From: Bacteroidales bacterium
Lineage (GTDB): Bacteria; Bacteroidota; Bacteroidia; Bacteroidales; UBA7960
Reading direction: 5' to 3'
Assembly (NCBI GenBank): GCA_007131895.1
Contig: SLPR01000254.1
Span: 1 to 31,903, forward strand
Length of the DNA stretch: 31,903 nucleotides
Shown: piece by piece, positions 7,660 to 17,118 of the stretch
How positions within the stretch are numbered: the stretch's first letter is position 1
How the letters are laid out: each line of letters begins with the position of its first letter
Made by a program: the position numbers and the translations under genes
Notes under the pieces: generated by a model
What the model saw: the letters and a program-made list of their open reading frames with translations, nothing else
Told to the model about the DNA's origin: nothing
Databases searched by the model: none

Positions 7660-9276
7660 ATGAAAGATGCGAAGGAAAAAAAAGGAGCAGTGGCACCTAA
7701 AAAGAACAAGTACTTTGAAATAGATCCCTGGGTTTTCTGGCCCTCGTCTGTTTTGATCGTGTTTTTTATTGCTGTCACTCTGCTGGTGGGTGAGCCTATG
7801 GAGCGGGTTTTTGCCAGTATTCAGAACAATATTTCAGAGTTTGGAGGCTGGTTTTTCGTGTTGGCCGTAAATATTTTTCTGATTTTTTCTCTCTCCATTG
7901 CCTTCAGCAAGTTTGGGAATATCCGGCTGGGAGGACGAACGGCCAAGCCGGAGTTTAAAAAGATATCGTGGTTTGCCATGTTGTTCAGTGCCGGTATGGG
8001 AATCGGGATTTTATTCTGGAGTGTGGGTGAGCCGGTATTGCATTATGTCAATCCTCCTGCAGGGCCGGGAGAAACCGTCGAAGCTGCCCGCAAGTCCATG
8101 CAATTCACCTTTTTACACTGGGGTTTGCATGCATGGGGCATTTATGCTTTGGTGGGAATGTCGCTGGCTTTTTTTACTTTCAATAAGAAACTCCCGCTAA
8201 CTATCAGTTCGGTTTTTCATCCTCTAATCGGCGATGGGATTCACGGCAAACTGGGTAAATCCATCAACGTATTGGCTGTAGTAGCCACACTCTTTGGTTT
8301 GGCCACATCACTGGGAATGGGAGTACAGCAGGTAAGTGCCGGTCTGAACCATTTGCTGGGTTGGCCCGACAATACCAATATGCAGGTTATTCTTATTGGT
8401 GTTATAACCCTGGCAGCTACCGGCTCAGTGGTGGCAGGGCTGAGCCATGGGGTAAAACGTTTGAGTCAGCTCAACATAATTATCGGAGCTTTTTTCTTGT
8501 TGTTTATGCTCATTGTGGGGCCTTCCCTGTTTATCTTCAGCTCGTTTGTGCAAAATATAGGAGGGTATCTGCAAAACTTTTTTGAGTTGAGTTTCTGGAC
8601 AGAAACCTATACCCAGTCTGACTGGCAAAAAAGCTGGACTGTTTTTTACTGGGCCTGGTGGATCAGCTGGTCTCCTTTTGTGGGGATGTTTATTGCCCGT
8701 ATTTCGCGCGGTCGCACCATTCGTGAGTTTATTCTTGGGGTGTTGATTGTACCCACCATTCTTACCTTTTTGTGGTTGTCGGCCTTTGGGGGTTCGGCAC
8801 TTTTCCTGGAGCTTAATGGACTGGCCAATATAACGGATGCGGTGCAAAATAATGTGGCCACTTCACTCTTTGTTTTGCTGGACCAGTTTCCCATTGGTGC
8901 CTTTACTTCTGTTGTTGGAATTATCCTGGTGACCAGCTTCTTTATTACCTCTTCCGATTCCGGGTCGCTGGTGATTGACAGCCTCACAGCAGGAGGGAAG
9001 CTGGATGCTCCTGTTACGCAGAGAGTGTTCTGGGCCCTTACAGAAGGGGGTGTTGCTGCAGTACTGCTCATTGGTGGAGGACTGGGGGCTTTGCAAACAG
9101 CCGCGATCACTACCGGCCTGCCATTTACCATTATTTTGCTATTAATGGCATACAGCCTCACCAAAGGTCTTTCGCAGGAGCATTACAAACTGATGAGGTA
9201 CGACTTGGAGAAGGAGCGGAAATCTTACCTGGATATCGTAACCGATGTTGTATCTAAAAGAGAAAAAAAATCCTAA
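7660..9276 (+). CDS. BCCT-family transporter, Na+-coupled glycine betaine type (OpuD/BetP-like)
   Basis: LFSAGMGIG (Gly, not the Asp of H+-coupled choline carrier BetT), HWGLHAW, WTVFYWAWWISWSPFVG aromatic box, FFITSSDS Na2-site motif. Confidence 0.93.
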   Translation: MKDAKEKKGAVAPKKNKYFEIDPWVFWPSSVLIVFFIAVTLLVGEPMERVFASIQNNISEFGGWFFVLAVNIFLIFSLSIAFSKFGNIRLGGRTAKPEFKKISWFAMLFSAGMGIGILFWSVGEPVLHYVNPPAGPGETVEAARKSMQFTFLHWGLHAWGIYALVGMSLAFFTFNKKLPLTISSVFHPLIGDGIHGKLGKSINVLAVVATLFGLATSLGMGVQQVSAGLNHLLGWPDNTNMQVILIGVITLAATGSVVAGLSHGVKRLSQLNIIIGAFFLLFMLIVGPSLFIFSSFVQNIGGYLQNFFELSFWTETYTQSDWQKSWTVFYWAWWISWSPFVGMFIARISRGRTIREFILGVLIVPTILTFLWLSAFGGSALFLELNGLANITDAVQNNVATSLFVLLDQFPIGAFTSVVGIILVTSFFITSSDSGSLVIDSLTAGGKLDAPVTQRVFWALTEGGVAAVLLIGGGLGALQTAAITTGLPFTIILLLMAYSLTKGLSQEHYKLMRYDLEKERKSYLDIVTDVVSKREKKS

Positions 9277-9288
9277 AACGATAATGTT

Positions 9289-10206
9289 ATGTTTAAACTT
9301 GATAAATTACTGATATGCCTTGATCTCACCGAAATGGATGAGTCATTGATTAGGTATGCCAATTTTATGGTGGAAACCTTCAGCCCCTCTTCTGTAACCT
9401 TTATTCATGTGATGGATACTTACGAAATACCGGAAGAAATAATAGGTACCATAACGGATAGTGACAGGCCTCTGAAAGATTTGCTGAAAGAGGAGATAGA
9501 GGAAAAAGTGCAGGAGCATTATCAACACGCAGACAAATTAAAGCCCACCGTAGTAATGGAAGAAGGGCTTACTGTGGAGAAAATTGTAAAGTACGCTCAG
9601 AAAAACAAAACAGACCTGGCCGTGATGGGCAAAAAGGTTGGATATATTGGTGAGGGAGGAGTGGTGAAGAAGATTATTGGTTTGATTCCATCATCGGTTT
9701 TACTCATCAGTGAAACATCTGCCTATCGGTTCACCAGGATTATGGTACGCACAAATTTTGCCAGTCCTTCTGTAGTGGCATTCCAGATGGCCAAATTCCT
9801 CCAGAATGTAACCGGAGCAAGTGTTGAATTTCACAATGTGTACAAACTTCCCTACAATTACTTCCCCGAACAAACAGCACAGGCAGCACAAAAACTAAAA
9901 GCACGATTGGAGCCCTATATGACAAAAAAGTATGAGAAATTTGTCGCAAAATACAAGTTGCCAACTGATATCCCTTTCAACTACACGGTAGATGTTAAAG
10001 GGGATGAAGCCCAGTCGTTGTATAATTATGCGGTAAGAAACCAGGTAGATCTGGTTATCACGGGTACGCGCCTCAAATCGCAACTGGCCAATATTATCAT
10101 GGACAGTACTTCAGAAAAACTGGCCGGGGTTGAAAAGAATATTCCTGTTTTGATTGTAAAAGATGTGAAAGAATTTGTAGGCTTTTTCAAAGCATTATTC
10201 GAATAG
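9289..10206 (+). CDS. Universal stress protein with two USP domains
   Basis: KLLICLDLT...FIHV...DLAVMG and RIMVRTNF...DLVITG...STSEKL...IPVLIV; 12 bp after BCCT. Confidence 0.88.
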   Translation: MFKLDKLLICLDLTEMDESLIRYANFMVETFSPSSVTFIHVMDTYEIPEEIIGTITDSDRPLKDLLKEEIEEKVQEHYQHADKLKPTVVMEEGLTVEKIVKYAQKNKTDLAVMGKKVGYIGEGGVVKKIIGLIPSSVLLISETSAYRFTRIMVRTNFASPSVVAFQMAKFLQNVTGASVEFHNVYKLPYNYFPEQTAQAAQKLKARLEPYMTKKYEKFVAKYKLPTDIPFNYTVDVKGDEAQSLYNYAVRNQVDLVITGTRLKSQLANIIMDSTSEKLAGVEKNIPVLIVKDVKEFVGFFKALFE

Positions 10207-10221
10207 TAAAAAGATACGTAT

Positions 10222-11097
10222 ATGAAAAGTAGTATGGTTAAATTACTGGTGTTTACGCTGTTGCTGGGAAGTTGTGTTTCTCCTTCCGACCGCGCCGTAA
10301 GTGAACAACGAGAGATAAAAATGCTTTATACCGACTGGTCGGAAAGCATAGCCATGACCTACCTCGCCTCCGTTTTGCTGGAAAGGGATATGGGGTTTAA
10401 GGTAACCACCCGCATGACAGATGTAGACGATATATTCAATACTATTGCTTCCGGCGAGGCGGATGTATTTCTGGATGTTTGGTTGCCTGCCACCCATAGT
10501 GAGTATATTGACCTTTATGGCGACAGAATCGAGCTATTAGGGTTGAATTATGAACCCGCACGTACCGGCCTGGTTGTTCCGGATTATATGGGTGTTGATA
10601 ATATAGAGCAACTCAGGGAGTATTATCAGGGTCCAATTGTGGGCATAGACACTACCGCCGGCATTATGCGCGTGACCCGTGAAGCTCTTGATGTGTACAA
10701 TCTTCCCAATGAGCTGCTGGGATTGTCGGAAGAGCAGATGACCGAAAGGTTGCGCACCGCAGTGCAACGCCAGGAAGATATCGTAATCACAGGATGGGAG
10801 CCCCATTGGATTTTCTTCCGGTATGATCTGCGGTTTCTGGAGGATCCGCAAATGATTTACATGGCTGAGGAGCAGATATACAGCATCGCCCGAACCGGCT
10901 TTGCTGAAGAGTTTGTCCATGTAATCACCTTCCTCAATAGAATGGTGCTGACCGAACGACAAATGAAGTCACTGCTTTTTGAAATGCACCTAAGTCCCGA
11001 TCCGCTGGAGGGGGTGAAAAGATGGATTCAAAGCAACGAGTTTGTGGTCAACCAATGGACCCGGGGACTGGGACCTGAAAGGGAAAAGATTATGTAA
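10222..11097 (+). CDS. Second glycine betaine-type substrate-binding lipoprotein (OpuAC-like), not next to ABC genes
   Basis: Lipobox LLGSC; YTDWSES, DVWLPATH, GWEPHW Trp motifs; 15 bp after the USP gene. Confidence 0.9.
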   Translation: MKSSMVKLLVFTLLLGSCVSPSDRAVSEQREIKMLYTDWSESIAMTYLASVLLERDMGFKVTTRMTDVDDIFNTIASGEADVFLDVWLPATHSEYIDLYGDRIELLGLNYEPARTGLVVPDYMGVDNIEQLREYYQGPIVGIDTTAGIMRVTREALDVYNLPNELLGLSEEQMTERLRTAVQRQEDIVITGWEPHWIFFRYDLRFLEDPQMIYMAEEQIYSIARTGFAEEFVHVITFLNRMVLTERQMKSLLFEMHLSPDPLEGVKRWIQSNEFVVNQWTRGLGPEREKIM

Positions 11098-11191
11098 AAA
11101 CTGCTTGCTTTTAGTCCTGTCCATGGGCAGAACTAACGGTAAACAGATAAGTCCCGGTATGGCTCTGTCTAAAGCCGGATATTGCCGATAA

Positions 11192-11238
11192 AAAATAAAA
11201 GCAGGTACAACCCATTTCGTTGTAACTGCTTTTATTTT
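11192..11238. terminator. Bidirectional intrinsic terminator between convergent SBP2 and ATPase 1
   Basis: AAAATAAAAGCAG.TACAAC / GTTGTA.CTGCTTTTATTTT with A- and T-tracts on either side. Confidence 0.75.
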
Positions 11239-11305
11239 ATGAACCCGAAGATAGAGTCGTTTTCAGCAGAATAGAAACTCTATAGGTTTCAGGCTCTTTG
11301 GCTTC

Positions 11306-13990
11306 TTAATTCCCTTTGATTTTAAGGACAATAAACTTCTCCAGTTCTACCACTATAAAAACCAGCAGACCTGCGGCTAAAGGATAAAGCCAATAGCTTG
11401 CATCAATTGCTGCTGAATCAAAAGTCCTGTTCATAAAGGGAACATAAACAAACAAAAGCTGGAAACCAATGAGAACACCCACAGCTATAAATGCTTTAAT
11501 ATTGCTAAAGAATCCTTTACCGATAGTGGGGTTTTTGATTTTTCTGCAGTTGAAAAGGTAGAATAACTGGCCGGCTACCAGGGTGTTAACAGCAATGGTC
11601 TGAGCGATTTCTATACTTACATCGAGAGATTGCATGTATCTGAATATACCCATGGTCATGCCAGCAATAAGAAGAGAAACAAAAACGATTCGCCAGATGA
11701 ATAATTTGCCAAGGATAGGCTCGTCTGCTTTGCGTGGGGGGCGCTCCATCACTGTCTCTTCCATGGGCTCAAAAGATAGAGCCAGCCCGAGGGTAACCGC
11801 TGTCACCATATTTATCCATAATATCTGAGCCGGTGCAATGGGCATAGTGATGCCCAGCAATATAGCCACCATTAGCACCAGGGATTCAGCACCATTGGTG
11901 GGCAGGAGAAATAAGATGGTTTTTCGGATATTGTCGTAAACGGTTCTTCCTTCTTCAATGGCGTTTACGATAGAAGCAAAGTTATCATCGGCCAGTACCA
12001 TTTCCGATGCATCTTTACTGACTTCCGATCCCTTTATTCCCATTGCGATTCCGATATTGGCTTTTTTCAATGCCGGGGCATCATTTACACCATCACCGGT
12101 CATGGCAGTAAGTTTGTCGTTGGCTTGAAGAGCAGTAACAAGACGAAGTTTGTGCTCGGGGCTCGTGCGCGCATATACATCGTATTCTTTGCCTATCTGC
12201 TGCATTTTTTCGTCGCTCATCTCCTCCAGCTCTTTGCCGGTCATGACCTTTTCGCCATCTCCAATGCCTATTTCTTTGCCTATGGCTTTAGCCGTTATGG
12301 CATGATCTCCGGTAATCATCTTCACTTCCACCCCGGCTTCTTTACATTCTTTTACAGCATCTATCACTTCCTGTCGCGGGGGATCGATAATTCCTATTAC
12401 ACCCAGAAATACCTGGTTTTTTTCCACTTCCTCTTTTTCCAACTCAGAGCGGTTTTTATCTGCCTTTCGAAAGGCTGCTGCCAGCATTCTTTGTCCATCG
12501 GCTGCTACCTCTTCCATTTTCTCTTCCCAGAAATCTTTGTCGATGTCCTGTTCTTCCCCTCCGGCATATTGTTTATCGCACATCTCAAGCAATCTTTCTG
12601 GAGCTCCGGTCATAAATATGAAAACTTCATCTTCTACTTTGTTGAGTGTAGCCATGTATTTGTGCTCAGATTCAAATGGAATCTGATCGATACGCTCAGG
12701 TTTAAAATCTTTTAAACCAGCCTTGTAGCTCAGGGTGAGGAGAGCTCCTTCGGTTGGAGTGCCGCTAAGTTTCCATTCATCGTCTTCCTCCTTGTTTATT
12801 TCAGCATTGTTACAGGTTCGGATGGCTTGCAGCAATTTCAGCAGTACCTTATCCTCTTTGGGATCAATCTCTTCGTCATCCATGAGAATTTTTCCTTCCG
12901 GTTCATAACCTGACCCTTCCACCTTATATTGCTTCTCAGCTGTCACAATGGTTTTGGCAGTCATCTCGTTGCGTGTGAGGGTGCCGGTTTTATCAGAACA
13001 GATCACATTTACTGCCCCTAAGGTTTCAACCGAGGGTAAGCGGCGAATAATGGCATTTCGCTTTGCCATGCGCTGCACTCCAATGGCCAGGGTAATGGTC
13101 ATAATGGCTGGCAAGCCTGAGGGGATTGCAGCTACAATCAGAGCAATGGCTGCCATAAAAAGTTCAGTGATATCATATTCTACAACAAAGTAACCATAAG
13201 CAAAAAATGCTGCGGTAATTCCAAGAATTACCAATGATAACCATTTGCCAAACTTGTCAATTTTCTGTAGCAAAGGGGTGGTGATGTCTTCTACCTCTGA
13301 AATCATCTTATTGATTTTGCCGATTTCAGAATCAGATCCTATTGCTACGACAACCCCTGTGGCCTTGCCATATGTTACTATTGTACCCGAAAAGGCCATT
13401 GAGGATTGATCTCCTATAATGGCATCTTCTTCTGCCGGTTCCGTTGATTTCTTAACTGCTGTGGACTCTCCCGTAAGCGGAGACTCTTCCACCTGGAAGT
13501 CTTTGGATTTGAATAAACGGATGTCTGCCGGTATTTTATCCCCTGATTTTAAAACCACCACATCTCCCGGAACAAGGTCTTCGGCGTCAATCGTTTTTTT
13601 CTCTCCATCTCTCAATACTTCTGCTTCAAGAGAAAGCATTTCCCGGATGTCTTCCAGTGCCTTTTCCGCTTTGCCTTCCTGGATAAAGCCAATCACAGCA
13701 TTGATGATGACTACTGCAAGGATTATCCACATGTCGGTATAGTGTTCGATCAAAGCCGTGATGATAGCTGCTGCAAGGAGCAAATAGATGAGTACATTCT
13801 GAAACTGCATCAACAGGCGCTTCCACCAGGGCCGCTTTTTCCCTTTGGGCAGCTCGTTTTTGCCATATTTCTCCTGCCGTTTTCCAACTTCTTCTTTGTT
13901 AAGGCCCTCATCTTTGCTGGTGTTGAATTCTTTCACCACCTCTTCTGCTTCCATGGAATGCCATTTGGTCTTCTTGTTGTCTTTCGCCAT
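11306..13990 (-). CDS. Cation-transporting P-type ATPase (type II, CtpF/Pma1-like), copy 1, atypical PSGL in M4
   Basis: TGES, DKTGTLT, KMITGD, TGDGVNDAPAL intact; M5 PTNGAE, M6 QILWINMVTA; M4 reads AIPSGLP. Confidence 0.95.
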   Translation of the reverse strand: MAKDNKKTKWHSMEAEEVVKEFNTSKDEGLNKEEVGKRQEKYGKNELPKGKKRPWWKRLLMQFQNVLIYLLLAAAIITALIEHYTDMWIILAVVIINAVIGFIQEGKAEKALEDIREMLSLEAEVLRDGEKKTIDAEDLVPGDVVVLKSGDKIPADIRLFKSKDFQVEESPLTGESTAVKKSTEPAEEDAIIGDQSSMAFSGTIVTYGKATGVVVAIGSDSEIGKINKMISEVEDITTPLLQKIDKFGKWLSLVILGITAAFFAYGYFVVEYDITELFMAAIALIVAAIPSGLPAIMTITLAIGVQRMAKRNAIIRRLPSVETLGAVNVICSDKTGTLTRNEMTAKTIVTAEKQYKVEGSGYEPEGKILMDDEEIDPKEDKVLLKLLQAIRTCNNAEINKEEDDEWKLSGTPTEGALLTLSYKAGLKDFKPERIDQIPFESEHKYMATLNKVEDEVFIFMTGAPERLLEMCDKQYAGGEEQDIDKDFWEEKMEEVAADGQRMLAAAFRKADKNRSELEKEEVEKNQVFLGVIGIIDPPRQEVIDAVKECKEAGVEVKMITGDHAITAKAIGKEIGIGDGEKVMTGKELEEMSDEKMQQIGKEYDVYARTSPEHKLRLVTALQANDKLTAMTGDGVNDAPALKKANIGIAMGIKGSEVSKDASEMVLADDNFASIVNAIEEGRTVYDNIRKTILFLLPTNGAESLVLMVAILLGITMPIAPAQILWINMVTAVTLGLALSFEPMEETVMERPPRKADEPILGKLFIWRIVFVSLLIAGMTMGIFRYMQSLDVSIEIAQTIAVNTLVAGQLFYLFNCRKIKNPTIGKGFFSNIKAFIAVGVLIGFQLLFVYVPFMNRTFDSAAIDASYWLYPLAAGLLVFIVVELEKFIVLKIKGN

Positions 13991-14093
13991 ACAAATGATA
14001 TTTTTAAGGTTTTCAGTAAATAGAGGTAAAATGCTAATTTAAGTAAATTAATGCTTTACTGAGCAATGAAATTTGTTGTTTTTGTTTATTTCA

Positions 14094-14101
14094 CAAAGAT
14101 A
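14094..14101 (-). promoter_or_regulatory. -7 element (TATCTTTG) for ATPase copy 1
   Basis: Exact TAnnTTTG on the minus strand, about 100 nt upstream of ATG 13990 and just after the copy-2 terminator. Confidence 0.55.
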
Positions 14102-14110
14102 AGAAGTCCT

Positions 14111-14142
14111 AAAAAAAGGGGCATGACAGCTGGTCATACCCC
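14111..14142 (-). terminator. Intrinsic terminator after ATPase copy 2
   Basis: Minus strand GGGGTATGAC-CAGCT-GTCATGCCCC then T7. A second 11-bp hairpin lies at 14205-14231. Confidence 0.7.
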
Positions 14143-14294
14143 CACATTTGTATTTTTATTCATCCAGGTAACCCTGCCCTTTGAATACTATCTATCGTTG
14201 AAAGAAGCTATTTCTTTTCAAGAAATAGCTTTATTGTGTTGACTTTCCGTAATTCTTATATAAGTCAAACTTTCAAACGAGAATATAGAAAATA

Positions 14295-16991
14295 TTAGCT
14301 TGCGTACCCTTTAATTTTAAGAATGATAAATTTCTCCAGTTCTACCACGATAAATACCACTAAGCCGGCGGCCAGAGGGTAGAGCCAATATCCTGCTTCA
14401 ATGGCTTCTGTTCCGAAAAGCGTATTCATAAATGGGACATACACAAAAAGCAGTTGCAGAACTATCAGCCCTGCAGCCGCAATAAAAGCGTATTTATTGG
14501 CGAAGAATCCTTTGCCTATACTGAGTTCTTTTATTTTGCGGCAATTGAACAGATAAAACAATTGTCCTGCCACTAACGTGTTCACTGCAACCGTGCGTGC
14601 AAATTCCACACTTACATCCAGCGATTGCATGTATTTAAACATGGCCAGGGTCATGCCTCCAATAAGAACAGATACAAAAGCAATGCGCCAGATAAAAATT
14701 TTGCCCAGGATGGATTCTCCCGGTTTTCGTGGAGGTAGCGTCATTACCTTATCTTCCATGGGTTCAAAGGACAGGGCCAGCGCCAGGGTAACGGCTGTCA
14801 CCATGTTTACCCATAGAATCTGTGCAGGGGTAATGGGCATGATGATACCAAGCAAAATGGCCGACATCAGCACCAGGGCTTCTGCGCCATTGGTGGGGAG
14901 GATAAACAGAAGTGCTTTGCGGATATTGTCGTAAACGGTACGACCTTCCTCAATGGCATTTACAATGGAGGCGAAATTATCATCGGCCAGCACCATTTCG
15001 GAAGCATCCTTGGTTACTTCGGTACCTTTGATGCCCATGGCAATGCCGATATTGGCTTTCTTCAGTGCCGGAGCATCATTTACTCCGTCGCCGGTCATGG
15101 CTGCAAGCTTTCCGTTTTCCTGCAGTGCTGTAACCAATCTTAGTTTGTGCTCGGGGCTGGTACGTGCATAAATGTCGTATTCGCTGACAATTTTACGCAT
15201 TTCTTCGTCGCTCATCTCTTCCAGTTCCTTGCCGGTCATGGCTTTCTCTCCATCGCCAATGCCCAGCTCCTTGCCAATAGCTTTGGCGGTAATAGCATGG
15301 TCGCCGGTAATCATTTTCACTTCTACACCGGCTTCCTTGCATTCCTTGATGGCTTCCACCACTTCGCTGCGGGGTGGGTCAATGATGCCTATTATACCCA
15401 GGAAGGTTTTGCTTTTTTCCAGGTATTCTTTATCTATTTCGGTGCGGCTGCTGTCGGTTTTTTTAAAAGCAGCGCCCAGCATGCGTTGTCCGCCTGCCGC
15501 CACTTCTTCCATTTTTTTCTCCCAGTATGCCTTGTCCAGATCTGCTTCTCCTTCGGCAGTATATTGCTTGTTGCACATATCCATAACCCTCTCCGGTGCA
15601 CCTGTCATGAATACGTACACTTCATCTTCCACCTTGTTGAGGGTGGCCATGTACTTATGGTCGGATTCAAAGGGGATATTGTCAATACGTTCGGGTTTGA
15701 AATCCTTTAATCCTGCTTTATAGCTCAGGGTAAGCAAGGCCCCTTCGGTGGGTGTGCCGCTGAGCTTCCATATGCCATCTTCTCCCTCACTGATTTCCGA
15801 GTTGTTGCTCGTGCGGATGGTTTGCAGCAATTGATAAAGTACTTTGTCTTCTTTGACGTCAACTTCTTTGTCGTCCAGAAGAATTTTCCCTTCCGGTTCG
15901 TAACCTGTTCCTTCCACCTTGTATTGCTTTTCTGCTGTAACGATGGTTTTGGCGGTCATTTCGTTGCGTGTAAGGGTACCTGTTTTGTCCGAACAGATTA
16001 CATTTACTGCACCTAATGTTTCTACCGAGGGCAAACGACGAATGATAGCATTTCGGGCTGCCATACGCTGCACTCCCATGGCCAGGGTGATGGTCATAAT
16101 AGCCGGCAACCCCTCAGGAATGGAGGCCACTATCAGCCCGATTGCTGCAAGGAAAAGTTCGTTTAGCTCATAATCTCCAAAGAAATAACCATAAGCGAAA
16201 AATGCTGAGGTAACTGCAAGGATTATTACGGATAACCATTTTCCGAATTTTTCTATTTGTTGCAGCAGAGGAGTGGTTATTTTCTCTACTTCAGAAATCA
16301 TCGTGTTGATTTTTCCCAGCTCTGTATCACTGCCAGTAGCCACAACTACACCTGTTGCTTTGCCATAGGTAACTGCCGTGCCCGAAAAAGCCATTGAAAG
16401 CTGATCGCCAATGGTGGCATCCGCACTAACGGCATCAGCCGATTTTTCCACAGCAGTGGATTCACCCGTCAGGGGAGATTCCTCCACCCGCAAATCCTTG
16501 GATTTGAAGAGTCGGATGTCGGCAGGTATTTTGTCTCCCGATTTCAAGAAGACAATATCTCCGGGAACCAATTCCTCGGCTTCGATGGTTGCTTTCTCTC
16601 CATCCCTGATTACCACTGCTTCAAGAGAGAGCATATTGCGAATCCCTTCCAGTGCTTTTTCGGCTTTTCCTTCCTGGATAAAGCCAATGAGCGCATTGAT
16701 GATTACAACGGCCAGAATTACCCAGGTATCAACCCAGTGATCCATCAGGGCTGTTATCACCGCTGCGGCCATCAGCACATATATCAATACATTGTGAAAC
16801 TGGAGCATCAATCGAACTAACCAGCTTTGCTTCTTTCCTTTGGGCAGCTCGTTTCTGCCATGTTCCTCCAGCCTCTTGCTCACTTCATCCTTGTTCAGAC
16901 CCTCAGATTCACGGGTGTCGAACGCTTTTATCACCTCTTCTGCTTCAATGGAATGCCAGCGGGCTTTCTTTTTTTCCTTTTCTTCTGCCAT
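14295..16991 (-). CDS. Cation-transporting P-type ATPase (type II, CtpF/Pma1-like), copy 2, canonical PEGL
   Basis: TGES, SIPEGLP, DKTGTLT, TGDGVNDAPAL; collinear and highly similar to copy 1 along its length. Confidence 0.95.
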   Translation of the reverse strand: MAEEKEKKKARWHSIEAEEVIKAFDTRESEGLNKDEVSKRLEEHGRNELPKGKKQSWLVRLMLQFHNVLIYVLMAAAVITALMDHWVDTWVILAVVIINALIGFIQEGKAEKALEGIRNMLSLEAVVIRDGEKATIEAEELVPGDIVFLKSGDKIPADIRLFKSKDLRVEESPLTGESTAVEKSADAVSADATIGDQLSMAFSGTAVTYGKATGVVVATGSDTELGKINTMISEVEKITTPLLQQIEKFGKWLSVIILAVTSAFFAYGYFFGDYELNELFLAAIGLIVASIPEGLPAIMTITLAMGVQRMAARNAIIRRLPSVETLGAVNVICSDKTGTLTRNEMTAKTIVTAEKQYKVEGTGYEPEGKILLDDKEVDVKEDKVLYQLLQTIRTSNNSEISEGEDGIWKLSGTPTEGALLTLSYKAGLKDFKPERIDNIPFESDHKYMATLNKVEDEVYVFMTGAPERVMDMCNKQYTAEGEADLDKAYWEKKMEEVAAGGQRMLGAAFKKTDSSRTEIDKEYLEKSKTFLGIIGIIDPPRSEVVEAIKECKEAGVEVKMITGDHAITAKAIGKELGIGDGEKAMTGKELEEMSDEEMRKIVSEYDIYARTSPEHKLRLVTALQENGKLAAMTGDGVNDAPALKKANIGIAMGIKGTEVTKDASEMVLADDNFASIVNAIEEGRTVYDNIRKALLFILPTNGAEALVLMSAILLGIIMPITPAQILWVNMVTAVTLALALSFEPMEDKVMTLPPRKPGESILGKIFIWRIAFVSVLIGGMTLAMFKYMQSLDVSVEFARTVAVNTLVAGQLFYLFNCRKIKELSIGKGFFANKYAFIAAAGLIVLQLLFVYVPFMNTLFGTEAIEAGYWLYPLAAGLVVFIVVELEKFIILKIKGYAS

Positions 16992-17118
16992 ATTCTATTT
17001 TGTTTTAACTGTTAAGTTGCATCATTTGTAATGACGGAATGCTAATTTAATGAATTAATTGCTTTGACAAGCATGGCAATACTGTGTTTTGTATTATTTT
17101 ACAATGCCAGGGAGATGC

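Noticed and set aside
11306-16991. ATPase pair as an assembly artefact, or copy 1 as a pseudogene
   Set aside because: The copies differ at many synonymous and non-synonymous sites and in their flanks. Copy 1 is full length with no frameshift or stop and has its own promoter motif.
17019-17040. CGTCATTACA on the minus strand upstream of ATPase copy 2, reminiscent of the yybP-ykoY Mn2+ riboswitch
   Set aside because: The required upstream GGGGAGUAGC element is absent and the motif is not present in the copy 1 leader. An Infernal scan would settle it.
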